From Nitrospinota bacterium (lineage in GTDB: Bacteria > Nitrospinota_A > UBA7883 > JACRGQ01), in NCBI GenBank assembly GCA_016217735.1, contig JACRGQ010000013.1:10428-74427 (forward strand): a stretch of 64,000 bases of DNA, in the 5' to 3' direction. Each line of letters opens with the position of its first letter. The stretch's first letter is position 1. The position numbers and the translations under genes are program-made. Below are positions 56,407 through 64,000 of the stretch, in pieces. Below the pieces are notes generated by a model. It did not search any database and was not told where the DNA came from. It worked only from the letters and a program-made list of their open reading frames with translations.

Positions 56407-56967
56407 CTAGTGCGGCATCTGCCCGGCGCCGTGGCCGAGGCGGGAGTAGAAGCGGCTCAACACCGGGTCGGGGAAGAAGAGGTCGCTTTCATCGAGGTAT
56501 TTCAAAACGGAAAGCGCCCAGTACGCCTCGTCCGGCGTTTCGATGATGGCGGTTTCGTTTCCCTTGTAGCGTTCCATCGCCTCGGCCACCGCTTCGTTCA
56601 TCGGCGGGCCTTGCCGCCGGGCGGTGATGGAAAGGGGCCGCAGCGGGCTGAGATGGAAAATCTTGAGCCCCGCCAGTTCCGCCGGCAGATCGCCGCTTGC
56701 AAATTCCTCTATCGGTATGCCGTCGGCGTCGGGGATGTGCGGGCCGCCCAGCGTGGCGATGTATATCGGCGCGGCCTGGATGCGCGCCTGCTCGGCGGTG
56801 CCGGTGCGCACGGAACTCATGCCGTTGGCGTGCGGCCCCACCACCACGAAATGCCAGATGCCGTCCTCCACGTTGAAGGGGCGGCGGTGGACGATAGTCC
56901 CCTCCAGCACCTCTTGCGCCTTGTCCATTTTTTTGCGGTCGCTGTGCCGCAACGATACCCGTTTCAT
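56407..56967 (-). CDS. Hypothetical protein (186 aa)
   Basis: ORF with good coding bias; no recognised motif. Confidence 0.5.
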   Translation of the reverse strand: MKRVSLRHSDRKKMDKAQEVLEGTIVHRRPFNVEDGIWHFVVVGPHANGMSSVRTGTAEQARIQAAPIYIATLGGPHIPDADGIPIEEFASGDLPAELAGLKIFHLSPLRPLSITARRQGPPMNEAVAEAMERYKGNETAIIETPDEAYWALSVLKYLDESDLFFPDPVLSRFYSRLGHGAGQMPH

Positions 56968-57025
56968 ATGGCTTTAGTTTAGAGTTATTCCCCGCGCGGG
57001 GCAAGGCGGGAACTTCGGGAAAAGA

Positions 57026-57145
57026 TTTAACCACGAAGAACACAAAAGACACGAATAAAGAAAAAAGAGCGGTTTAAAAGGAAAATGTATTTTTATCCCC
57101 TTCTTCTGTAACTTTATATTCGTGTTATTCGCGGCCTTCGTGGTC
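57026..57145. promoter_or_regulatory. CACGAA 9-bp iteron array (57026-57060) and its inverted partner (57118-57145) flanking an AT-rich spacer
   Basis: TTTAACCACGAAGAACACAAAAGACACGAATAAAG … ATTCGTGTTATTCGCGGCCTTCGTGGTC; related to the 40291-40320 array. Confidence 0.35.
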
Positions 57146-58691
57146 AAAACTTCAGGAAGCGGCCGTCGGGGCGGACGCCGACGCGGTAGCCCGCATCGAG
57201 CGAGGCGAGGATAAGCTCCACCCGTTCATAGCCGCGCCGCTCGTTGTTGTTATACAGCGCCACGGCGAGGTGGTGATGTTTTCCGCCGCTCCACCAGCGG
57301 GCAAAAGCTTCCGGCTCGAAGTGCGCGCCGGGATAGACCGCCACCTCGACGGGCAGCCCCCACCGCCGCACGGCCTCCGCCCCCGCCCCGTTGGTAACGA
57401 CGGTGATGGCCGCATGCGGAAAATATTTCGCCAGCGTGCGGGCGGCGAGATGGCTTTGATAATCGGGGGCGGAACGGAACAGCAGGATGGAGGTTATTTT
57501 ATCCGGCTGCGTGAAGGTGCGCTTAAGCGTGGCCAGCATGTCGCCCGCATATGCGTCCGGCCGCACGGTGAAGTATTCGTGCAGCGATGGACAGCCGCTT
57601 TGGATGCATCCTTTCATTTCGCCCCGTATGAACGATGCGCGCAAATCTTGCGCCGCCGGGCCGTTCCAGATTTCGTCGAAAGATTGCTCCCGCACGTTGC
57701 CCAATATGGTGGAGTTGGCGCAGCAGCAGAGCACGTTGCCGTTTTCGTGAATGTCTCCCGTCACCCACGGCGCGGGGCAAACCGCTTCCGCGTCGGTTGG
57801 CGCAACCTTTCGCGCGGCGGTCTCCAGGAAGCAGGCCTGATCCTCCACCTCAATGCCGTGTTCGGCGTAAATCTTTTCCAGCGCGGCGCGGATGCCCGCC
57901 AGTTCAGCCGCGCCGAATTTGTTGGCATCAAAGACCTCCAGCGCCATTTCACCCTGAAACGAGCGGACGATTTTTTCCACTTCGGTGATGTCGCTGGGCG
58001 TTGTTTGCCCCTCCTTCGCCGCCATCTCCTGTTCCAGCACCTGCTGGTAATCGAAGCCGAGCACGTTGTTGAGCTTTACGATGCACTGCTTGTGGCCGCC
58101 CACCGCCGCCAGTTTTTCCGCCACGGCGGGAAGGCCGCGCACGGTGGCGTTCATCAGGATGGTGTTGAAGTTGATGCGGGGCGCATCGTCTTTGCCGAGG
58201 CCGCGTTCGCGTTTCATCCGGGCGAGGCGTTCCACGTTCTCCAGCACCGTCGGCAGCAGCGGCTTGCCCCGGATTTTTTCGTAGATGGCGGGATCGACGG
58301 TATCGATGGAGAAGTGGATGCTCTCGAACCGCTCCAGCGCCAGCTTCGCCATAGCCCCGTTCATCAGCGTGCCGTTGGTGTAGGCGTTTATCTTGAGGTG
58401 CGTGTGGTGCTTGATGAGCGCGTCGAATATTTGGGCCGCTTCGGGGTTGGCGTTTTCGCCCATCCAGAGCGGTTCGCCCCCGGCCAGGAACACGCGCTGC
58501 GCTTTTTCCAGCCACCGGTCGATGGCATTAGGGTCGATGGTCACCGGCAAGCCGTCCACCAGCGAGTGGCCGCACATGAAGCAGGCGAGGTTGCACCTGC
58601 CGGTGGAAAGGATCGTCAGGTGCGTCGGCCCGCTTTGGGGGGCGATGACCCGTTTCTCCCAGTCGCCGTATGCGGGGTGATCGTATCTCAA
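57144..58691 (-). CDS. Radical SAM protein with SPASM/twitch domain and C-terminal extension
   Basis: CNLACFMC CxxxCxxC; SPASM cysteines CPAPW…LCCCANS…CIQSGC; about 150-aa extra C-terminal domain. Confidence 0.8.
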   Translation of the reverse strand: MRYDHPAYGDWEKRVIAPQSGPTHLTILSTGRCNLACFMCGHSLVDGLPVTIDPNAIDRWLEKAQRVFLAGGEPLWMGENANPEAAQIFDALIKHHTHLKINAYTNGTLMNGAMAKLALERFESIHFSIDTVDPAIYEKIRGKPLLPTVLENVERLARMKRERGLGKDDAPRINFNTILMNATVRGLPAVAEKLAAVGGHKQCIVKLNNVLGFDYQQVLEQEMAAKEGQTTPSDITEVEKIVRSFQGEMALEVFDANKFGAAELAGIRAALEKIYAEHGIEVEDQACFLETAARKVAPTDAEAVCPAPWVTGDIHENGNVLCCCANSTILGNVREQSFDEIWNGPAAQDLRASFIRGEMKGCIQSGCPSLHEYFTVRPDAYAGDMLATLKRTFTQPDKITSILLFRSAPDYQSHLAARTLAKYFPHAAITVVTNGAGAEAVRRWGLPVEVAVYPGAHFEPEAFARWWSGGKHHHLAVALYNNNERRGYERVELILASLDAGYRVGVRPDGRFLKF

Positions 58692-60064
58692 GATTTGTCC
58701 TCTGCCTCGCGCGCCGCTTCATCGCAGCCCAGCCAGTTTACATATTCGCAGTACGGCGCGTACAGTATCGCTTTCAGCGGGGCCATTCCGCGCTGTTCGG
58801 CGAGGAAGCGGCGGAACGACGCGGCGCGTCCGGGAAGTTTCTTGTAAAAGGCGCGGCAGACTTCGCATTCCTTCCCTCTTAGATAAGTGGAAAAAAGCGT
58901 GCGGTGGTGCTTCAGGCAGCGGGCAAAGTTGTCGAACATCGACGTGTTGTGCGAATGGTGGACCGCCGCATCGGGCCGGTAAGCGATGGCAAGGCCGCGC
59001 CGTTGCATCTCGCGCGCCCAAAGTCCGTCTTCCCCCCAGCCGACGTGTTCGTCGAACGGCAGATCAAGTACCAGCTTGCGCGGCATTGCGGCGTTGGCGT
59101 TGCTGAAGAAGGGATTGTCCCGGCTCCGCATCGGCTTTGGGCCGAAGGCGTCGCTTAAAATCTTGGCCTCGAAGTGTCCGTTCCACCCTTCTATCGGGAG
59201 TTCGCGCCCGTAAACGCCCGCCACCGTGTCATCCGCGAGCGGAGCGGTGAGCGCGGTCAGCCACTCGCGGTGCGCCGGGACGGCGTGGGCGCTGAGGTTC
59301 ACGACGATGCGCCCGCGCGCCAGCCGCGCGCCGAGGTTCAGCGCCGCGCCATAACTGAACGCGCGTTTGCCCACGCTGAAGAGGCGCACCGGGTGGCGCA
59401 GCGCGATCTCCCGCGTGGCGTCGGTCGATTCGGAATCGATGACGATCACCTCGCCGGAAAAACCGATTTGGGAAAAGACCATCTCCAGCGTTTTGCCGAT
59501 ATGGGATTCTTCGTTGTAGCTGCGGATGACGACGGATACGCCGACCACGCCGCCGGCGGAATCATCCCTGATCGTCCGGTAGTCCAACGTGCCGGGAAAA
59601 ACGGGGCGCGGCACCTTATCGCCGGTGAAGCCGAGGAAGGGGCGCGCAACGCCGAGCAGCGCGATGACCGCCGCGTGCCACCGTTCCTCCGGGCTGAGCA
59701 AAAGCGAAAATGCGCCGCGTTCCAGCGTCCGCAACGTGCCGTCCGGCAGGTGTTCAATAATTTCGCCGTCGAATATCCAGCGGACAAAAAGCCGGAGAAG
59801 GCCGTACCCTTCGCCGTCCGGGTTGTTGAGCGGCAGCACGATGGTTGCCGCATCGATGGCGCGTACGGCGTTCCATATGTTCGCCCCGCTTTGAATGGAG
59901 AAGGGGCCGTTCCCCCAGCTTATGTAGTTTTTTTCGGCGGCGAACGGCGAAGCGTCAGGCCCGGCAAACCAGATATGTTCTTTGGAAAATCCGGCGAGCG
60001 CCGCATCGGCGGCCGCCCGCGTTTGCGCGGCGGGGGCCGTGCAGAAAACCACCGCCCGCTTCAT
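58688..60064 (-). CDS. Glycosyltransferase family 2 with about 200-aa N-terminal extra domain
   Basis: VSVVIRSYNE…VIDSESTD GT2 DxD region; 4-nt overlap with the rSAM gene. Confidence 0.75.
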   Translation of the reverse strand: MKRAVVFCTAPAAQTRAAADAALAGFSKEHIWFAGPDASPFAAEKNYISWGNGPFSIQSGANIWNAVRAIDAATIVLPLNNPDGEGYGLLRLFVRWIFDGEIIEHLPDGTLRTLERGAFSLLLSPEERWHAAVIALLGVARPFLGFTGDKVPRPVFPGTLDYRTIRDDSAGGVVGVSVVIRSYNEESHIGKTLEMVFSQIGFSGEVIVIDSESTDATREIALRHPVRLFSVGKRAFSYGAALNLGARLARGRIVVNLSAHAVPAHREWLTALTAPLADDTVAGVYGRELPIEGWNGHFEAKILSDAFGPKPMRSRDNPFFSNANAAMPRKLVLDLPFDEHVGWGEDGLWAREMQRRGLAIAYRPDAAVHHSHNTSMFDNFARCLKHHRTLFSTYLRGKECEVCRAFYKKLPGRAASFRRFLAEQRGMAPLKAILYAPYCEYVNWLGCDEAAREAEDKS

Positions 60065-60066
60065 CG

Positions 60067-62721
60067 CTACCGGGTTTCGGCCTCGATGTAGATGTATTCG
60101 CCGCGCGTGAGTTTTTGGGCGATCATCGCTTCTTCCGTTTTTTTCAGGTCGGCCAGCAGCGCGATATCCGCTTTGGAGAAGTCGATGGCGGCGGCGACAA
60201 GGCCGGTGAAGGCGATGTGCGAGCTGTGCGCCACCACATCCATGTGGCGGCGGATGGTCTCTTCCAGCAGAAAGCTCCCCACGTCTTCGTAGGGGGAGAG
60301 CGCTTCGTCAAGGTGCGGGCCGTTTCCGTTTCCATTTGCGTTGCGCGGCAGGTGGACCAGCCGCGCGGTGCCGAGGAACGAATTCGCCAATTCACCGTGC
60401 TCTTTCGTGTTGCCCCCCCCGTGGTCGAAGGCGACCAGCCGTCCGCCCGGATTCAGCGCTTTTTTCACGGCGCGCATCAGGCGCGCGAGGTCGGCGATGT
60501 GGTGGAGCGAATCCCACGCCACGATGCGGTCGAAGGTGCGCCCGCTTTCTTCCAAAAATTTTAGCGCGTCCCCTTGCAGGTATTCGATCTTCACGCCGTT
60601 TTTGGCGGCGTATTGTTTCGCGGTCTCTATCCGGTCGCGGCTCACGTCGATGCCGGTCACTTTCTTGCCGCGCCGCGCCAGTTCAAGGGCCAGCCACCCC
60701 GCACCGCAGCCGATCTCCAGCACGGTTTCCACCTCCGGCTTCGCCACGGCGTCTATCAGCCGCTGTTTTTCGGCACCGCGCAAGACGGCTTCCACCTTCG
60801 GGTCGGCCCAAAAGTCGTTCAATTGCGCCACTTTGGTGGCATGTTGCAGGTCGACCCACGGGGCGGTCACCGCGCCGTTGCCGGAGAAATCTTTTTCAAA
60901 CTTGTCCCAGAACGCCGATTCGATGTCCAGCGTCGCGCCCTGGTCGAGCAGTATCCAGTAAAATCGCCGCGCCATCAGGTGGTTGGGGTTGAGGTGCATG
61001 CAGTGTTCAAAGTGGCGGCGGGCCGTGGCGGTATCGCCGTCCTGATACGCCATCCAGCCGAGGTGGAAGTGCGCCGCCGCGCCGTGCTGTATGGCGTCGT
61101 CGTAATCGGCGGCGGTGGCAACGATGTACTGGAATATCTCGCGCGCTTTCTCGAAAAAGCCGAGCCGCTCGTGAACGGAGGCGACGACGTGGCGCGCGCG
61201 CAGCACCTGCGGGTGGGCGTTTATGATGCCGTCCGCCATTGCCAGCGTCGCTTCGTTATCGCCGGTGTTAAAGAGGGCGGTGAGGTGTTGCAGTTTTTTG
61301 CGCACTTCGTCCCGCTGTCCGGGCGGCAGCCACGTTTTTTCCGCCGCGATGCAGCGGGTGGCGACCGCCGCCTTGCCGTGCGTGGCCTTCTCGAAGCGCT
61401 TCCACATGATCTCGACGGTCCCCTTTATCTCCTCGGCGGAGTAATTGGGGTACGAGAGCACCGAGCCGTTGATGCCGTTGAACTCTTCCGGGTCGTCGGT
61501 GGTGAGCCAGCCGTGCTCTTTCGCTTTTTCGTGGAACGGGGTGCCGGGGTGCGGCACGGCGATGGATGCCTGCCAACTGGATAGAAGCCCCTGCTCCAGC
61601 AGCTTCGCGCCGTATTCGATGGTCGCCACGTCCCCCGCGCGGGTGCTGCCGGACGCGCCGATGATGAACGTGCCGTACATCTCGATGTCCAGCTTCTTCG
61701 CCTCGCGCAAAATCTCCTGCAGGCGGTCGGCCTTCGTTTTGCGGCCGATGCTTTCGCTGGTGGCGGGGTCGATGGTCTCGATGCCGATGCGCAGCTTGTA
61801 GTAGCCGGCCTTTTTCAGCTTTTCCAGAATCTCTTCGTCCAGCCGCTGGTGGTTCGCCATCGCCTCGTAGTGCAGATCGCTGTTGCCGCTTTGGATGATG
61901 GCGTCGCACAGTTCCAGCGCCGCGCTCTTCTTTACGATGTGCGTCTCCTCGTCGAAGAACACCCCCTCGATGGACGGGTACTTGCGGCGCAGCGTGGTTA
62001 TTTCGTTGATGATGCGCGCGGGACTGCGGGGCCGCCAGTTCGGTTTCTCGTAGTAGACGGTTCCCGCCACGCAGAAATCGCAGCTATAGGGGCAGCCGCG
62101 GCTGCCGTGTATCTCGATGGATGTGTACTTGGTCCAGCGGCAGCCGCCGGGGTATGCGTAATCGATGCGGCGGATGTCGTCGTCTTCCGGGTCGGGGAGG
62201 GAATCGATGTCCAGCACCTTGCGGTACCCGTTGGGATGGAGGCCCGGTATGGTTTTGGGATCGCCGCCGCGCAGGATGTCGCGCACCGTCTCTTCGTACT
62301 CGCCCACGCAGGCGTAATCGCAACCGTCGGCCAGCACCTGCGCCGGGAAGACGGTGGAGTACTGCCCGGTCATGATGATGGTGGCGCCGAATTTCTGCTT
62401 GATCGCGCGGGCCACTTTCATCGTCTCGTGGTAAGTGACGGTGTCGGTCTCGAATATCACCACGTCCGGCTTCTGCCACTCCAGCCAGCGGATGTACTCC
62501 TCGGCGGTGAAGCGCAGCCATGTGCCGTCGATCATCTTGATGGCGTGTTGCGGAAAATCGCGCTTGAGCAGGCTGCTGAGGTAGGCGAGTTGGTACGGGA
62601 AGAAGATGAAAACCGGGTAGTTATGGAAAATGGAGGTCCACCGGCTGGGAAAGGGGCAGGGATAGCGGTTGCCCGGAAATTTCCCCGGCGGGTTGGCGAT
62701 AATGATTTTTTTCTGTTTCAA
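60067..62721 (-). CDS. Fusion protein: B12-binding radical SAM domain + TPR-like region + class-I SAM methyltransferase domain
   Basis: N-terminal B12-binding fold, CPYSCDFC CxxxCxxC, central TPR-like helices, C-terminal VLEIGCGAGWLALELA motif I; 884 aa. Confidence 0.75.
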   Translation of the reverse strand: MKQKKIIIANPPGKFPGNRYPCPFPSRWTSIFHNYPVFIFFPYQLAYLSSLLKRDFPQHAIKMIDGTWLRFTAEEYIRWLEWQKPDVVIFETDTVTYHETMKVARAIKQKFGATIIMTGQYSTVFPAQVLADGCDYACVGEYEETVRDILRGGDPKTIPGLHPNGYRKVLDIDSLPDPEDDDIRRIDYAYPGGCRWTKYTSIEIHGSRGCPYSCDFCVAGTVYYEKPNWRPRSPARIINEITTLRRKYPSIEGVFFDEETHIVKKSAALELCDAIIQSGNSDLHYEAMANHQRLDEEILEKLKKAGYYKLRIGIETIDPATSESIGRKTKADRLQEILREAKKLDIEMYGTFIIGASGSTRAGDVATIEYGAKLLEQGLLSSWQASIAVPHPGTPFHEKAKEHGWLTTDDPEEFNGINGSVLSYPNYSAEEIKGTVEIMWKRFEKATHGKAAVATRCIAAEKTWLPPGQRDEVRKKLQHLTALFNTGDNEATLAMADGIINAHPQVLRARHVVASVHERLGFFEKAREIFQYIVATAADYDDAIQHGAAAHFHLGWMAYQDGDTATARRHFEHCMHLNPNHLMARRFYWILLDQGATLDIESAFWDKFEKDFSGNGAVTAPWVDLQHATKVAQLNDFWADPKVEAVLRGAEKQRLIDAVAKPEVETVLEIGCGAGWLALELARRGKKVTGIDVSRDRIETAKQYAAKNGVKIEYLQGDALKFLEESGRTFDRIVAWDSLHHIADLARLMRAVKKALNPGGRLVAFDHGGGNTKEHGELANSFLGTARLVHLPRNANGNGNGPHLDEALSPYEDVGSFLLEETIRRHMDVVAHSSHIAFTGLVAAAIDFSKADIALLADLKKTEEAMIAQKLTRGEYIYIEAETR

Positions 62722-62978
62722 GGTTGCCTCAATATAGCTTTTTCGGCATCAAGAGGCAAAAACCTTACTTGAAACCGTGTTTTATTCCTTTGACGGATTT
62801 TTGCGGAAGATCGCCGCTATGGCGTTCTTGCCGACTCGCGCCCGGGTACAACAGGTTTAAGGAGCCGCAGGATTGGCAATTCAATCTGCGGCGGAAATGG
62901 TCGAAAGACCGCAACCTGTTGTTGGCCCACAAGGGTCAAGGTTTCTTGTTTCCTGCGGAAACAACCACAGGATAAATC

Positions 62979-63995
62979 CTATGGTACCCGGCAAAGGCCT
63001 TTGATATCGACGAAGCGGTAGTCGACGTTGAAGGCCCAGAACGCTTTGGCGTTCGCGCGGGCGGCGAAGGCGGTGACGTTCTTGTAAAAAAGAAGGTCGT
63101 TGGTATTGAAGCAGCAGACCAGCAGATCGTATACATCTTTTATCTTTTGCGCGTCGGCATCGGCAAAGCCGTTTTGCCCCAGCCGGATTACGTTTGCCGC
63201 GCCGTTGAAGGGGGCGGCATCCACCCCCGGCTGCAAAACGATGTCGATGGCGGCGTCGGGATAGAGTCGGCGCAGGGCGGAGAAACCGTCGGCGGCGTGC
63301 TCCATCGGCGAACTGCGGAGGAAGAGTATCCTCTTCGGCGCGGCGCGGTTCAGTTCGTAGAAGGAGAGGTGCGGCAGCGCGTCGCTGAATATCGACGGCC
63401 TCTTCACCGGATTTTTGCAAAAATCGAGCAGCGGTTTTAATGCTCGTTCCCAATGGAACGCCTTTTTTGCTTCTTTGATCCGTTTTCGCATCGCCTTGTT
63501 TTCCGCCGGGTGCGAGGCCATGTGGGCGATACGCTGGGCCAGCGCTTTGTCGTCGCCGAACGGGAAGATATGCCCCAGTTTGTTGTCCTCGATAAAGCCG
63601 CTTAATGTGTTGCCGGGATTGGTGAGCACCGGCAGGTTGCCCCAGAGGTAGTCCGCCACCCGGATGCGGAATGAGAAGCGGTTCTCGATGTGATCGCGGA
63701 ACGTGGCGATGCCGGCGTCGGCTTCGGTTAGGTAGTGCTCGTGCTCTTCATAGGGCACCCAATCGGCGTGGAAGAAAACATTCTTGCCCAGCAGCTTTTC
63801 GCGCGTGACGTAGCGCATCACTTCGGCGTACGCCTCGGTCGGCTTGCTGGTGGCGGGGTGCTTGTGCCCGGCGAATACCAGCTTCGCGCGCGGGCAGGTT
63901 TTCAAAAGCCGTTTCATCGCTTTCACCGGCGTGAGGCAGTCGTACCAGTTCCAGAGCGACCCGCCCCACACGATGATGAAATCTTTTTTTCCCAC
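62979..63995 (-). CDS. Glycosyltransferase-like protein (C-terminal GT-B half plus extra domain), N-terminus probably beyond the window
   Basis: GT1/GT4-like C-terminal region (…FAGHKHP…GIATFRDHIENRFSFRIRVADYLWGNLPVL); the ORF reaches the window edge. Confidence 0.45.
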   Translation of the reverse strand: MGKKDFIIVWGGSLWNWYDCLTPVKAMKRLLKTCPRAKLVFAGHKHPATSKPTEAYAEVMRYVTREKLLGKNVFFHADWVPYEEHEHYLTEADAGIATFRDHIENRFSFRIRVADYLWGNLPVLTNPGNTLSGFIEDNKLGHIFPFGDDKALAQRIAHMASHPAENKAMRKRIKEAKKAFHWERALKPLLDFCKNPVKRPSIFSDALPHLSFYELNRAAPKRILFLRSSPMEHAADGFSALRRLYPDAAIDIVLQPGVDAAPFNGAANVIRLGQNGFADADAQKIKDVYDLLVCCFNTNDLLFYKNVTAFAARANAKAFWAFNVDYRFVDIKGLCRVP

Positions 63996-64000
63996 GCCGG

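Noticed and set aside
1-64000. CRISPR arrays, rRNA and tRNA genes
   Set aside because: I scanned all intergenic regions over about 100 nt for regularly spaced direct repeats and for tRNA T-loop or acceptor features. I found none. The repeats present are dispersed palindromic elements, not CRISPR arrays.

Overview
This is a high-GC bacterial chromosomal segment (about 65% GC by eye) with mostly housekeeping and anaerobe-type metabolic genes. Recognisable genes include dnaN, a PLD/cardiolipin-synthase-like gene, an ABC-2 exporter, miaB, dnaE, emrAB-like efflux genes, an orphan GspE/PilB-type ATPase, a GH57 glycosidase, a complete group-1 [NiFe] uptake hydrogenase operon (small and large subunits, cytochrome b, maturation protease), a two-subunit 2-oxoacid:ferredoxin oxidoreductase, Fe/Mn-SOD, rubrerythrin, htpX, a PilZ-motA-motB operon, thiC, rsmE, an aminotransferase, pepF, an msbA-like ABC gene and an LPS heptosyltransferase-like GT9 gene. 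Several lower-GC accessory insertions sit among these.

The most striking insertion lies at about 12.88-16.25 kb, between dnaE and emrAB. It carries a tightly overlapping three-gene operon with its own sigma70-like promoter: a small PD-(D/E)xK-like protein, a bare Hanks-type Ser/Thr kinase, and a 390-aa protein with no recognisable domain. A HigBA-like RelE/XRE toxin-antitoxin pair follows it. I consider this a candidate undescribed kinase-based defence or stress module.

Other accessory islets:
- A small-ORF plus Clp-fold serine protease cassette directly after the hydrogenase operon (29.5-30.65 kb).
- An AT-rich orphan gene next to a HepT/MntA pair (40.4-41.6 kb).
- A field of toxin-antitoxin remnants at 3.8-4.7 kb.

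The 3' end of the window (57.1-64 kb) is a translationally coupled glycan-modification cluster. It contains two radical-SAM enzymes (one SPASM-type, one B12-binding rSAM fused to TPR and class-I methyltransferase domains) and several glycosyltransferases.

Three families of structured intergenic repeats recur in the window, together with several hairpin terminators and a Fur/PerR-like palindrome in front of rubrerythrin. No rRNA, tRNA or CRISPR arrays were recognised. All calls come from reading the translations and sequence by eye; no searches were run.
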